Below, piece after piece: positions 42,989 to 52,200 of a stretch of DNA of 64,000 nucleotides (positions are counted from its first letter, which is position 1; every line of letters starts with the position of its first letter). A program made the translations under genes and the position numbers. Origin of the DNA: a virus; the IMG/VR virus record IMGVR_UViG_3300027815_000003, positions 1 through 64,000 of that record, one strand, 5' to 3'. Under the pieces are notes generated by a model. That model had not been told where the DNA came from. It did no database searches and worked only from the letters and a program-made list of their open reading frames with translations.

Positions 42989-44659
42989 TTATTTTGATAA
43001 ATCCCTAAAGACTCTCTTTATTTTTTCTACATCATGTGGCTTATCTTTCTCGTCATAATTATTAGTTACAATGTTCGCATTCGGAAAATTATGCTTAAAT
43101 GGTTTACTAAAATCCTCTTCTTTTACATCTGGCATCCCCAATTCTTTTCTAAACTGTTCAAATTTCTCCATCCTACTTTCGTGGTCTTTTAGAATATTCC
43201 TTTCTTTTTCTTTTTTCTGTTTTTGTATCATTTCATTAAATACCTCTAAGGCATTTTTTGACATATCTATTGTCCCTCCATTTTTTATGTTCAGATTTTC
43301 TGAAACATCTACATAACTATTTGATTCATCAATACCAATAGGCTCTAATATTACTCTAAAAATAGGGATTTCTTCCCCAGTCATTAATTCTTCACTTAAT
43401 ATTTCTATCGGTATTTCTCCGTCTATTTCTTCTCTTATTTCACTTATTATATTTTCAATTAAAGAATTTGTTCTATCTGTTTTTATAATTATCTTAGGTG
43501 TTTCAGAATCATCTAAATAAACATAAAATCCTGGAACTTCTAAACCATGTTCACTAATTACATCTACTATTTCATCAATACTTATCTCTGTTTTTTCTTC
43601 TTGATTGTCATCACTTTTTATAATATTAAAAACAGCACCTTCATTCGCTGGATGAGAACATATACTCAATTCAAGGAGATCTAGTCCGCCAACTTTTGAA
43701 TAACTTTTCCCATTTTTTTCTATTTTTTCAATATCTTTTCCACTTCCAGCTATAGAATAAGAGCGTAATGACCCATTTTCTATTTCTTCTCTTACTTTTT
43801 TAGAAATAGAAACATCGTCACGTATCTCCCCTATACACCAAAGTTGTTTATCATCAACACCAGATTTATAAATATACCCACTTTTTGATATATATGCAGG
43901 TAAAACCCATCCACATTGAGCGTCAGAATGGAGAATATTTAAATTTCTACCTCTAAAATTTAACATAAAACGACGGAAAGCATCATCTAATACTTCAGTT
44001 GGGATTAGATGTCCTTCTTTATCAATCATTTCTACTGATGCTGGACCACCAATTACAAGAGGTTCACTCCCTGGTTGATCTAAGCCCATTTTTATAACCG
44101 CTTGTGCATATTTAGGTTCATCTGGATAAAATCTAAATAACGTTAATAATTCCGCTTTTGAAATAAGTCCAGCTTTAAATAAATTTTCATATTCTTTTAT
44201 TGCTGGAAGAATATCTTCTTTTATTGTACGCCCTACATGCTTTTCTTGTTTTTCTAGTTGAACAAATCCAGTATCTTCAGTAAAAAATGCATTAAAATAA
44301 CCTCTATTTACTTGTCTTACTGGACTTATTGCATCATTCCCAGCTAAAGCATCTAATTCTTTCTTTATAAATACATAATCTGCAGATGGATAAATTTTTT
44401 GTAAAATTTCTTCTCCGCCCTGATGAATAGCATGTGCTACAGAATCTATAGCAAGACTAGCATTTAAATTACTCGGAACTGATTCTACGAAATTTTTCTT
44501 TATTTCATGCGATTTGTTATGTTGTTTACAAATAAAATCTGGGATATTTCCTATTCTATTTTGTAAATCCCAATAAAGGTCAATAATTTCTTCATCTCTT
44601 ACTATTTTATTAGAAGCAATTTGCTTATAAATTCTAACAAATGAATTAGCGTTACTCAT
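42989..44659 (-). CDS. prohead protease (HK97/XkdF-type) with N- and C-terminal extensions
   Basis: IGGPASVEMIDKEGH, LNILHS, IENGSLRSYSIAG, LLELSICSHPAN. Confidence 0.8.
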   Translation of the reverse strand: MSNANSFVRIYKQIASNKIVRDEEIIDLYWDLQNRIGNIPDFICKQHNKSHEIKKNFVESVPSNLNASLAIDSVAHAIHQGGEEILQKIYPSADYVFIKKELDALAGNDAISPVRQVNRGYFNAFFTEDTGFVQLEKQEKHVGRTIKEDILPAIKEYENLFKAGLISKAELLTLFRFYPDEPKYAQAVIKMGLDQPGSEPLVIGGPASVEMIDKEGHLIPTEVLDDAFRRFMLNFRGRNLNILHSDAQCGWVLPAYISKSGYIYKSGVDDKQLWCIGEIRDDVSISKKVREEIENGSLRSYSIAGSGKDIEKIEKNGKSYSKVGGLDLLELSICSHPANEGAVFNIIKSDDNQEEKTEISIDEIVDVISEHGLEVPGFYVYLDDSETPKIIIKTDRTNSLIENIISEIREEIDGEIPIEILSEELMTGEEIPIFRVILEPIGIDESNSYVDVSENLNIKNGGTIDMSKNALEVFNEMIQKQKKEKERNILKDHESRMEKFEQFRKELGMPDVKEEDFSKPFKHNFPNANIVTNNYDEKDKPHDVEKIKRVFRDLSK

Positions 44660-44749
44660 ATTTATTTTTGGGGGGCATTACAATTTGGACATATAAATAC
44701 CCCATCTTTAATCCTCCATGTACTCAAATGATTTTTTTGAGTACATTTA

Positions 44750-45400
44750 TTACAGGTTTTGTACATTATTTCCCAACATTGTTTTCATAGTTTCTCTGTC
44801 CATTATTTTGTCTGCAAGACCATAAGAAATAGTTTGGGATGCGTCAAAATAAGATTCATCAAGTAAATCTTTTTCTATTTGTTTTTTGGTTCTAATGATT
44901 CCATTTTCTAACATAACATTGACTAAAGAATCAGTTAAAATTCTTAAGTCTTTTGTTATTTTGTCCATTTTTTTAACATTTCCACCCTCAGTATGTGTAA
45001 TTTGGGGAAAATGCACCATTGACCATGAATTTTTAAAAATATACCTATGTCCAGGCTCCCCAGCAAGCAATAAAAATGCACCCATAGATAAACACATCCT
45101 ACCAATGGTATAAATTGGTGCTTGTGACGTTTTCATAGCATCATATAATATCATTCCTTGATTCACATCACCGCCAGGACTATTTATTATTAACCAAATA
45201 GGATCATTAGAAATCATATTTAATGCCATAATTGTATCGGCAATTACAGGCGCATTAAATATATCTTGTCTACTGTAATATTCTGGTGAACTATGACTTC
45301 CAACGATAGGGCCATCTAAAAATAGAATACGTTTTTCACCAAGAACCTCATAAAGTCCTTTAAGTTGATCCTGTCTTTCATTTCTCGTACCAAATATCAT
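44750..45400 (-). CDS. clpP: ATP-dependent Clp protease proteolytic subunit
   Basis: IINSPGGDV, CLSMGAFLLLAG, MVHFP, YFDASQTISYGLADKI. Confidence 0.9.
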   Translation of the reverse strand: MIFGTRNERQDQLKGLYEVLGEKRILFLDGPIVGSHSSPEYYSRQDIFNAPVIADTIMALNMISNDPIWLIINSPGGDVNQGMILYDAMKTSQAPIYTIGRMCLSMGAFLLLAGEPGHRYIFKNSWSMVHFPQITHTEGGNVKKMDKITKDLRILTDSLVNVMLENGIIRTKKQIEKDLLDESYFDASQTISYGLADKIMDRETMKTMLGNNVQNL

Positions 45401-45673
45401 TAATTATTTTCCCTTTCTTTCTTCTATTTATTTTACAAACTTATTTAGAAATTCTTCTTCAAAACCATAAAGTTTTGAATTTAATAATGTCCTTACACTC
45501 GTCCATTGTCTATCATTGGTTGTTTCTGGAATAGAAGCCTGAACCACTTCTAAAATTTCTCTTATTAAATCTCTATAACGATAATCAAATTTTTCTTGAT
45601 TTTCAGTTGTTATTAAATGTGCTAATGAACTTGGTTTTTTCTTTCTTTCTTCTACCATATTATCTACTCCTTT

Positions 45674-46171
45674 TTATTTTAATCCTGCTTTAAGATTTTT
45701 TCTTAAATCTTTTATAAAACTCTGAAACCCTTCTTGTATCGCCCTAGTTAGGAAAAATTTACCTTCTATTTTGGGCCATTTACTTATTACTCTGAACAGT
45801 GTTTTTCCACCTAGATGTAGTGGGATTAATCTTTTATTTTTATATGTTACTGTATATCCTGGGATTACAGATTCAGCTATTCTTACCCCATCCTTTCTAA
45901 GATAACCTTTTCTTTTATGAGATTTAACATTTATGGTCTGATTACCTTTTATCTTTCTTTCTGGTCTCCCAAATTCTTGTGTTGCAGCATACGGAGAATT
46001 ATAATTAATAATAGCACCATTGCTTATTACTGTATATGAACCACTTTTTTTAAGTTTTCCAGATTTTTCTGGTACATTTTGTTGTGACAAGTAAAATATA
46101 TTTTGACTTGTATTTTGTACAGTAGAAATAACTACCTCTCTTATTAATTTAATCAATTCTCTATTATTCAT
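45674..46171 (-). CDS. HK97 gp10-like neck/tail-completion protein
   Basis: VPEKSGKLKKSG...YNSPYAATQEFG...FFLTRAI. Confidence 0.6.
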   Translation of the reverse strand: MNNRELIKLIREVVISTVQNTSQNIFYLSQQNVPEKSGKLKKSGSYTVISNGAIINYNSPYAATQEFGRPERKIKGNQTINVKSHKRKGYLRKDGVRIAESVIPGYTVTYKNKRLIPLHLGGKTLFRVISKWPKIEGKFFLTRAIQEGFQSFIKDLRKNLKAGLK

Positions 46172-46280
46172 TATATATATTATATCATATATTTATAAAT
46201 ATAAAATAGTTTTTTATCATATTATACTTTTCGCCCAAACAGAATCTATTCCCATAGGTAATCCCAAATCTTTTCTACTG

Positions 46281-47207
46281 TTATAAACCAGAATTATACG
46301 GTAAAACAGTCCCATTTCTATCGGTTTTTATATCCCAATTGGGAACAAGATATTGATATATACTTTTAAGCATTTTATAATTTTCTCTGTCTATTTTAAG
46401 AACTCTATTCCCTGTTTCCAAAATAAATTTATCTGTTTTTTCAAAAGACAATTCTTTCCCTTTATAATTGCCCTTGACCTCTATCCATAAATTAATTTTT
46501 TCTATATAGAAATCTGGAATATATGTTATTTCATTTTTTAAAATAAATACCTTTGGTTCATATTCGTAACTTAAATTATTAAATTTAATAATTCTTGCCA
46601 CGTTAGCTTCCCACATACTTCTTACATAATGACCTATATCTATGGCAAAAAACCCTAAAACAACTTTAGATGGTTTACCACCATTTTTACGCCATTCTAA
46701 ATTACCTTCTACCATTTTAGCAATTGAAGCATCAGTTTCTTTAGTTTTACCTTTTCTTGGATGTATTCTTTTACCCGTAGCATATTCTATTATCATTTTT
46801 TCTGATTTATCTATTTTTGATTGTTCAGTCCATTTTCTATCTTTACTTTTTTCACCGACATCTTTTCTCATTTTTTCAGTCCAAATTTTATTCTTATTAC
46901 GATATATTAAATTACACGAATGACATCTAGTAGCTTTAACTCCTATTTTTTTATTACAATCAATACAATTATTTATTTTTGTTTTAATATAATCTTCGCT
47001 TACATTAAATATTCCTAAACTTTTTGATTTGTTATAACATTCCATAGAACAATATCTATTATCTTTAGATTTTACAAAATTATTACAAATTAAACATTTT
47101 CTCATTTGTATTATTTTTAATCTATTATTACAACTTCTACATCTTTTAGATCTAAAATTTATTTCTATATTACAATTTATACAAAAATTTTTAATTTTTT
47201 CTTTCAT
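46281..47207 (-). CDS. putative homing endonuclease (Zn fingers, NUMOD3-like, PD-(D/E)xK domain)
   Basis: CxxC repeats; VRSMWEANVA...YEYEP...YIPDFYI...WIEVKG. Confidence 0.75.
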   Translation of the reverse strand: MKEKIKNFCINCNIEINFRSKRCRSCNNRLKIIQMRKCLICNNFVKSKDNRYCSMECYNKSKSLGIFNVSEDYIKTKINNCIDCNKKIGVKATRCHSCNLIYRNKNKIWTEKMRKDVGEKSKDRKWTEQSKIDKSEKMIIEYATGKRIHPRKGKTKETDASIAKMVEGNLEWRKNGGKPSKVVLGFFAIDIGHYVRSMWEANVARIIKFNNLSYEYEPKVFILKNEITYIPDFYIEKINLWIEVKGNYKGKELSFEKTDKFILETGNRVLKIDRENYKMLKSIYQYLVPNWDIKTDRNGTVLPYNSGL

Positions 47208-48565
47208 TATTTTATATTATCTGCCCATATGTCTGGTAAAGCATCAACAAATTTATTATTAGACTTATCATATTCTTGTAAATAAATAATCTCTTTATCT
47301 ATATAACCTAAACGTGGATGCCAGGTTGTTAATATTTGTGTGGGTTTTGATATTGTATGTAATTTAGAGAAGGAATATTCATCTCCGCCTTTCATACAAG
47401 GGCAAATAAATAACGTCCCAGTTCCGATATCTATTTCTGAATTATTATGAAAATGGCCCACCATTACACTATCAAAAAATTCAGCCATTACACCCAAAAC
47501 ATCTTGTTCTGTTGCTTTATTCGCAACCAATTTTTCTATTTCATATTCAAGGCCCCTTCTAAACTGGAAAACTTGACGTAATTGTGCAATAGCCCTCAAT
47601 AAACCATAAAAAGGGATCCCGTTCCAGGCTTTAGCAGAATCTCCATGCATAATAAGTATATTTTTCCCAGCGACAGTAAATACATTCAAAAAACTTTTAG
47701 GGATAGAAAAATGTATATTTTTTTGATTTTTACAATAAGCAGCAATCCATTGATATAGTAAATAATCCCAAGAAGAATAAATCTCTTTAGCTGGTGGTTT
47801 TTGAGTCATTCTTCCATGATTCCCTACGACACATGGAACATATACATTTTCATAATTAGAAGAAATATAGACTAACGCCTGACTGATTAAATTAGCCCCT
47901 CGTATCATCTGCCCCATCGCATTATCCGCATTTGTTTTCATTAGCTCTAGATGAATATCCCCACTAATCATATCCCCAAGCATAGGAACATATAAATCTG
48001 GAACATTGGCATAAGTTCTTCTGAAACCAGTAAGCGTCACAACCTCTTCGGCCCATCCCCGTAAACGTTTATTAAAAATATCCATATTATAAGAATTAAG
48101 CCCAGCCATTTCTTCTCTATTTACTTTTTCTCCAATATGAGTATCACTTAATGGGGCTACAATATATTGTTTAGAAGACGCCTTTACTAATTTAGGTGTA
48201 TAAGTAACTGGGATAGAAGGAATAGCATTTGTTACTCTAGTGGCAACATCTATCATTTTATCTATAGCAGCAGCATCTTTTACTAAATTATTATATTGTT
48301 GTTTATAATAAGCTGCTTCATTTCTGGCAGTAACTAAATTTTTATCTAATTCAAACTGATTTTTGGAATTTATAAACTGTTCATTAACTGGTATATTTTC
48401 TTTCCCCTTTCTTTTTTCAAATCCGCCATTAAGCCAATCATTAATTGTACTTTGAGGAATTTTTTCCCCTGTTTCTGTTTCTATCAGTCTAGATAACATA
48501 CGATAGCTCATATGTTCTGTATCACGTTTTTTCTTTAATCCATCTATATACTCTTTAGTAATCAA
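47207..48565 (-). CDS. calcineurin-like metallophosphoesterase with N-terminal HTH-like region
   Basis: LSDTHIG, LGDMISGDIH, VGNHG, MHGD, VGHFH. Confidence 0.85.
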   Translation of the reverse strand: MITKEYIDGLKKKRDTEHMSYRMLSRLIETETGEKIPQSTINDWLNGGFEKRKGKENIPVNEQFINSKNQFELDKNLVTARNEAAYYKQQYNNLVKDAAAIDKMIDVATRVTNAIPSIPVTYTPKLVKASSKQYIVAPLSDTHIGEKVNREEMAGLNSYNMDIFNKRLRGWAEEVVTLTGFRRTYANVPDLYVPMLGDMISGDIHLELMKTNADNAMGQMIRGANLISQALVYISSNYENVYVPCVVGNHGRMTQKPPAKEIYSSWDYLLYQWIAAYCKNQKNIHFSIPKSFLNVFTVAGKNILIMHGDSAKAWNGIPFYGLLRAIAQLRQVFQFRRGLEYEIEKLVANKATEQDVLGVMAEFFDSVMVGHFHNNSEIDIGTGTLFICPCMKGGDEYSFSKLHTISKPTQILTTWHPRLGYIDKEIIYLQEYDKSNNKFVDALPDIWADNIK

Positions 48566-49287
48566 CTCTTTTTTATCCTTTCAATCTTATAATCATTATC
48601 TATCAGTAAACATAAATCATCATAATCTACCATTTTTGAGATTCTATTTTCATTTTTAGCTACATATAAATAATCTTCTTTTTCATCATCCCAACTTAAA
48701 ACTTCTGACTTCTTTAACATCTTTTTTAGAATTGCATTTATACCATTATACGACACTTTCTCTTTTCTGTCAAATACAAGTTCTAATTCATGCTTTGTCT
48801 CTTCAAACATATCTGATTTTTGCATTTTAGATAGTGAATCTTCCATAAGTCTTTTTGTTGGTTCTTCTGGTAATATTTTATTTGTTATTATAAAAAATAT
48901 TATATTATCTTTTTGTTTTTGATCTATCAAATCCCAAAAATCTTTTCTTTCCATTGTTTTTAATCTTTCATAATAATCTGGGAATTCCTTAAGATGCGCT
49001 AAAGCAATTTTAGCTACCATAACCAAATCATCTCCAACAACATCTTTATGTTCTGTTTCTATTTCTATCCCGTTTTTTAGTTGTTCTTTATTTATAACAT
49101 TCCAATCTATTCCTAAAACATCACCAACATATTCTAAATCTTCTATTGTAATATTATTTATAGATTTTTCAATTTGGGTATCTTCTTTTTGACCTAATAA
49201 TTGTTCAAAAAAAGATTGTTCAAAATTAGGATCATTTAATTCTTCAAACAAATAAGAAGAATTTTCATTAGATTTTTGTTGTTGCAT
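48562..49287 (-). CDS. DUF5661-containing protein
   Basis: QLKNGIEIETEH...KIALAHLKEFPDYYERL. Confidence 0.7.
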   Translation of the reverse strand: MQQQKSNENSSYLFEELNDPNFEQSFFEQLLGQKEDTQIEKSINNITIEDLEYVGDVLGIDWNVINKEQLKNGIEIETEHKDVVGDDLVMVAKIALAHLKEFPDYYERLKTMERKDFWDLIDQKQKDNIIFFIITNKILPEEPTKRLMEDSLSKMQKSDMFEETKHELELVFDRKEKVSYNGINAILKKMLKKSEVLSWDDEKEDYLYVAKNENRISKMVDYDDLCLLIDNDYKIERIKKS

Positions 49288-52200
49288 TTTTTCTCTCCCT
49301 ATATTGTTTCCCTATTCTATATCCCTCATTATCATCGCTAAGAATTTTTCTCCCTCTCCAGGGTGTATTTAATAACCATGCTTTCCCTATATGTTTACCC
49401 CATTGTGTTTTTGTGGGATTCCAAGAAGCAAATTCCCAAGAATGTGTAAAATTTCCAACTTCTTTAATCATTTTCTCAAATTGTACCTGATTTATAATAT
49501 TTTTTGATAATTTAATTCTTAATGTTTTAATAAAATGATTTTTTATCTTATCTAGATTATATTTACTAACAAAATCATATCCTTGTAATGCCCAAGCATA
49601 ACAACCTATTTCATCTGTATCTAAATCTATTGCATAAACACCGTTTTTTTTATATTCATCTTCCATACTATCCAATAATTTACTTGATATTCCTTTGCCC
49701 TGATAAGATTTTAAAAGACTTAATTGATCGTGTTTTATTATTATTCTTTGTATTCCTTTATTATCTAATTCTCTACTAAATGTTCTTACCATACTACCAA
49801 ATGGGCCACCACTAGAAGGTGTTCGTTCTTTAGTATTATCAAGTAAATCAAAAGAAATACTCATTTCTACATCTAAACTATTTGTTAATTGCGTCATTTC
49901 AACATCTACGTTGTCCATATTGGAGGCAAACATATTTTGTATCGTATCTAATCCCCAGTTTCCTTTTGAAAAACTTCGTATATCTTTGTCATACATACTT
50001 TTAGATGTTTGTAATGTACTATGTAACTGTACAGGTTTCTTCTTTGGTTCTTCTGTTTTTACACTTTCTTCTTTATATTTTTCTGCTTCTTCTGGTAAAA
50101 CCCATCTATCTGGGTGTTGCCAATCTCCGCTTTGTGGGACAAGTCCTGGTCTTGGCGGATTTTGATTTTCTATTTTTTCTTCGCTACCATCTTCTATTAA
50201 ATCTGGTAAATTTGGATTAAATATTCCAACACCTTTAGGGTCTATAAATATTTTCTTATTATCTTCGGATTTTAATATACCAGTAGATAAAAATACATCA
50301 TCTGCATCCCTAAAATACTCAAATATTTCATGCACAGCATCATACATCTGTCTATTTCTTTTTTGGAAATGTTTATTTTGTGTTACAAAAGAAGCATAAC
50401 ATTCTGCAAAAAATTCATAAGCATCTTCTCTTGCATAATCTGTAGGAAAACCAGAATCAGTATTAATACAATGATCATAAATAGACTCTATCTTATCAAA
50501 ATATCTATCTTTAACTTGTCTTCCTACTGTACCATGTAATAGAGAATGCCCTATTTCATGTATTAAATCAAATGAATCTGCACCTTTACTTAACCGAATA
50601 CTATTATTGTCTGGATAATATATTCCAGAAATAGATTTTATTCCTTTACCTAAATTTTTAACCACATCCTCTTCATTATCTAACCAATATTCATTACTTA
50701 TACTTATTTTTGATATTTTTAATAAATGACTGGCTGGTGGGCCACCACTTATTATATTTTTATAATGTGGCCCATTAAACATATCTTTAGAAAAATCATC
50801 AACAACAAGTTGTTTATAAAGAGTTTTTCTTCTCTCTAATTCAAATTCACTTGGTTTAAATAAATCCCCTCTATTTTGGACTTCTCCAGTTTTTCCTTGT
50901 TTTTCTTTCTGTTCTTCAAACCATCTTTGATGAAAATCTACACTAACTGGATGTAAAGGGAAAATCATATTCCCATCTGGATGATTTTGTGGATGTTCTT
51001 CGTGTGTGTGTTGTGCTAATTTACCACTTGTTTCATGTTTAAAGGCAGAAGTAAGAGTCCTAATAGGATTGAAATTTTTAGGAGTAAATTGTTTTTCAAT
51101 TTGCTCATCTTTTCCTAAATTTGGCAATCCCTCTTCAAATCTACCAACACCTTTTGGATCACCAATAGATTCTTTTTCTTTATTTTCTGATTTTGCAATA
51201 CCAAAATTCAAATAATTATCATCAATCCCTTTCATGTGTTCAAATACTTTTTCCATGAAAAGAAATGCTTTATAGTTTCTATCTTTAAATGAAGTTTTTG
51301 AAGTCAAATACGAAGCGTAACATTCGGCAAAAAATTCTCTTTCATTTGTTTTAGAATAATTAGACGGGAAACCCATATTTCTATCTGACGCTTCTTCAAA
51401 TAATTTATGATTTTCTTCCATCAAATCCATCCCTAAAATTCTTCCAATAGTAGAAAGATGGACTGCATGACCTATTTCATGGATTAAAGAAAAATAATCT
51501 GCATCACCATAAAGTTCTATACCATTATTTATAGGATGAAAAAATCCGATATATTGCATCTTTTTAATTTCACCTTTATAGATTCCAACTTCTTTTTCAA
51601 CAAAATCATTTGGATTTAATGATATCCCAGTGAATTTATGTAAATGGTCTGACGGAACCCAGGAAATAATAGCATCGTAGTTTTTGTCATAAAAAACTCT
51701 TTTATCCTGGTCTTGTATTTTATTTTCAAGAATATCTCTTCTTCTCCCTATTTCAAAGTCTTCGGTGTTTCCGTCCTTATCATATCTTTTTTCTGTAATA
51801 TGATGATCTAATTTATAATCATCATTTGACGGGACACCAAAATTAAAAACAGGACTATCTTGTGGTCTCACATTATTTTCTACTTTTCTAAAAAATATAT
51901 TCTCATCTTTAGTTAAATAAATATGATAGGTATCTCCATTAAAACCAAATGGTACAACTAATACTCGTTCTTGTTCATTTATACCAAAATCTTTATCATT
52001 TTTAGGATAATAAAATTGATAGTCCCAAGTAGCCGCGTTAAATATTCTTTCTTTTATTATAGTTTTGTCTAATTCTGAGAGATCAGTTTTATTTCCTATA
52101 AAATCTACTACTTTATTAAATAACCAATTAATTGGTAATTTTTGCTCACCATTATTTTTATACCTTAACTTATTTTTTTCTTCAAATCTTCTTAAAGATT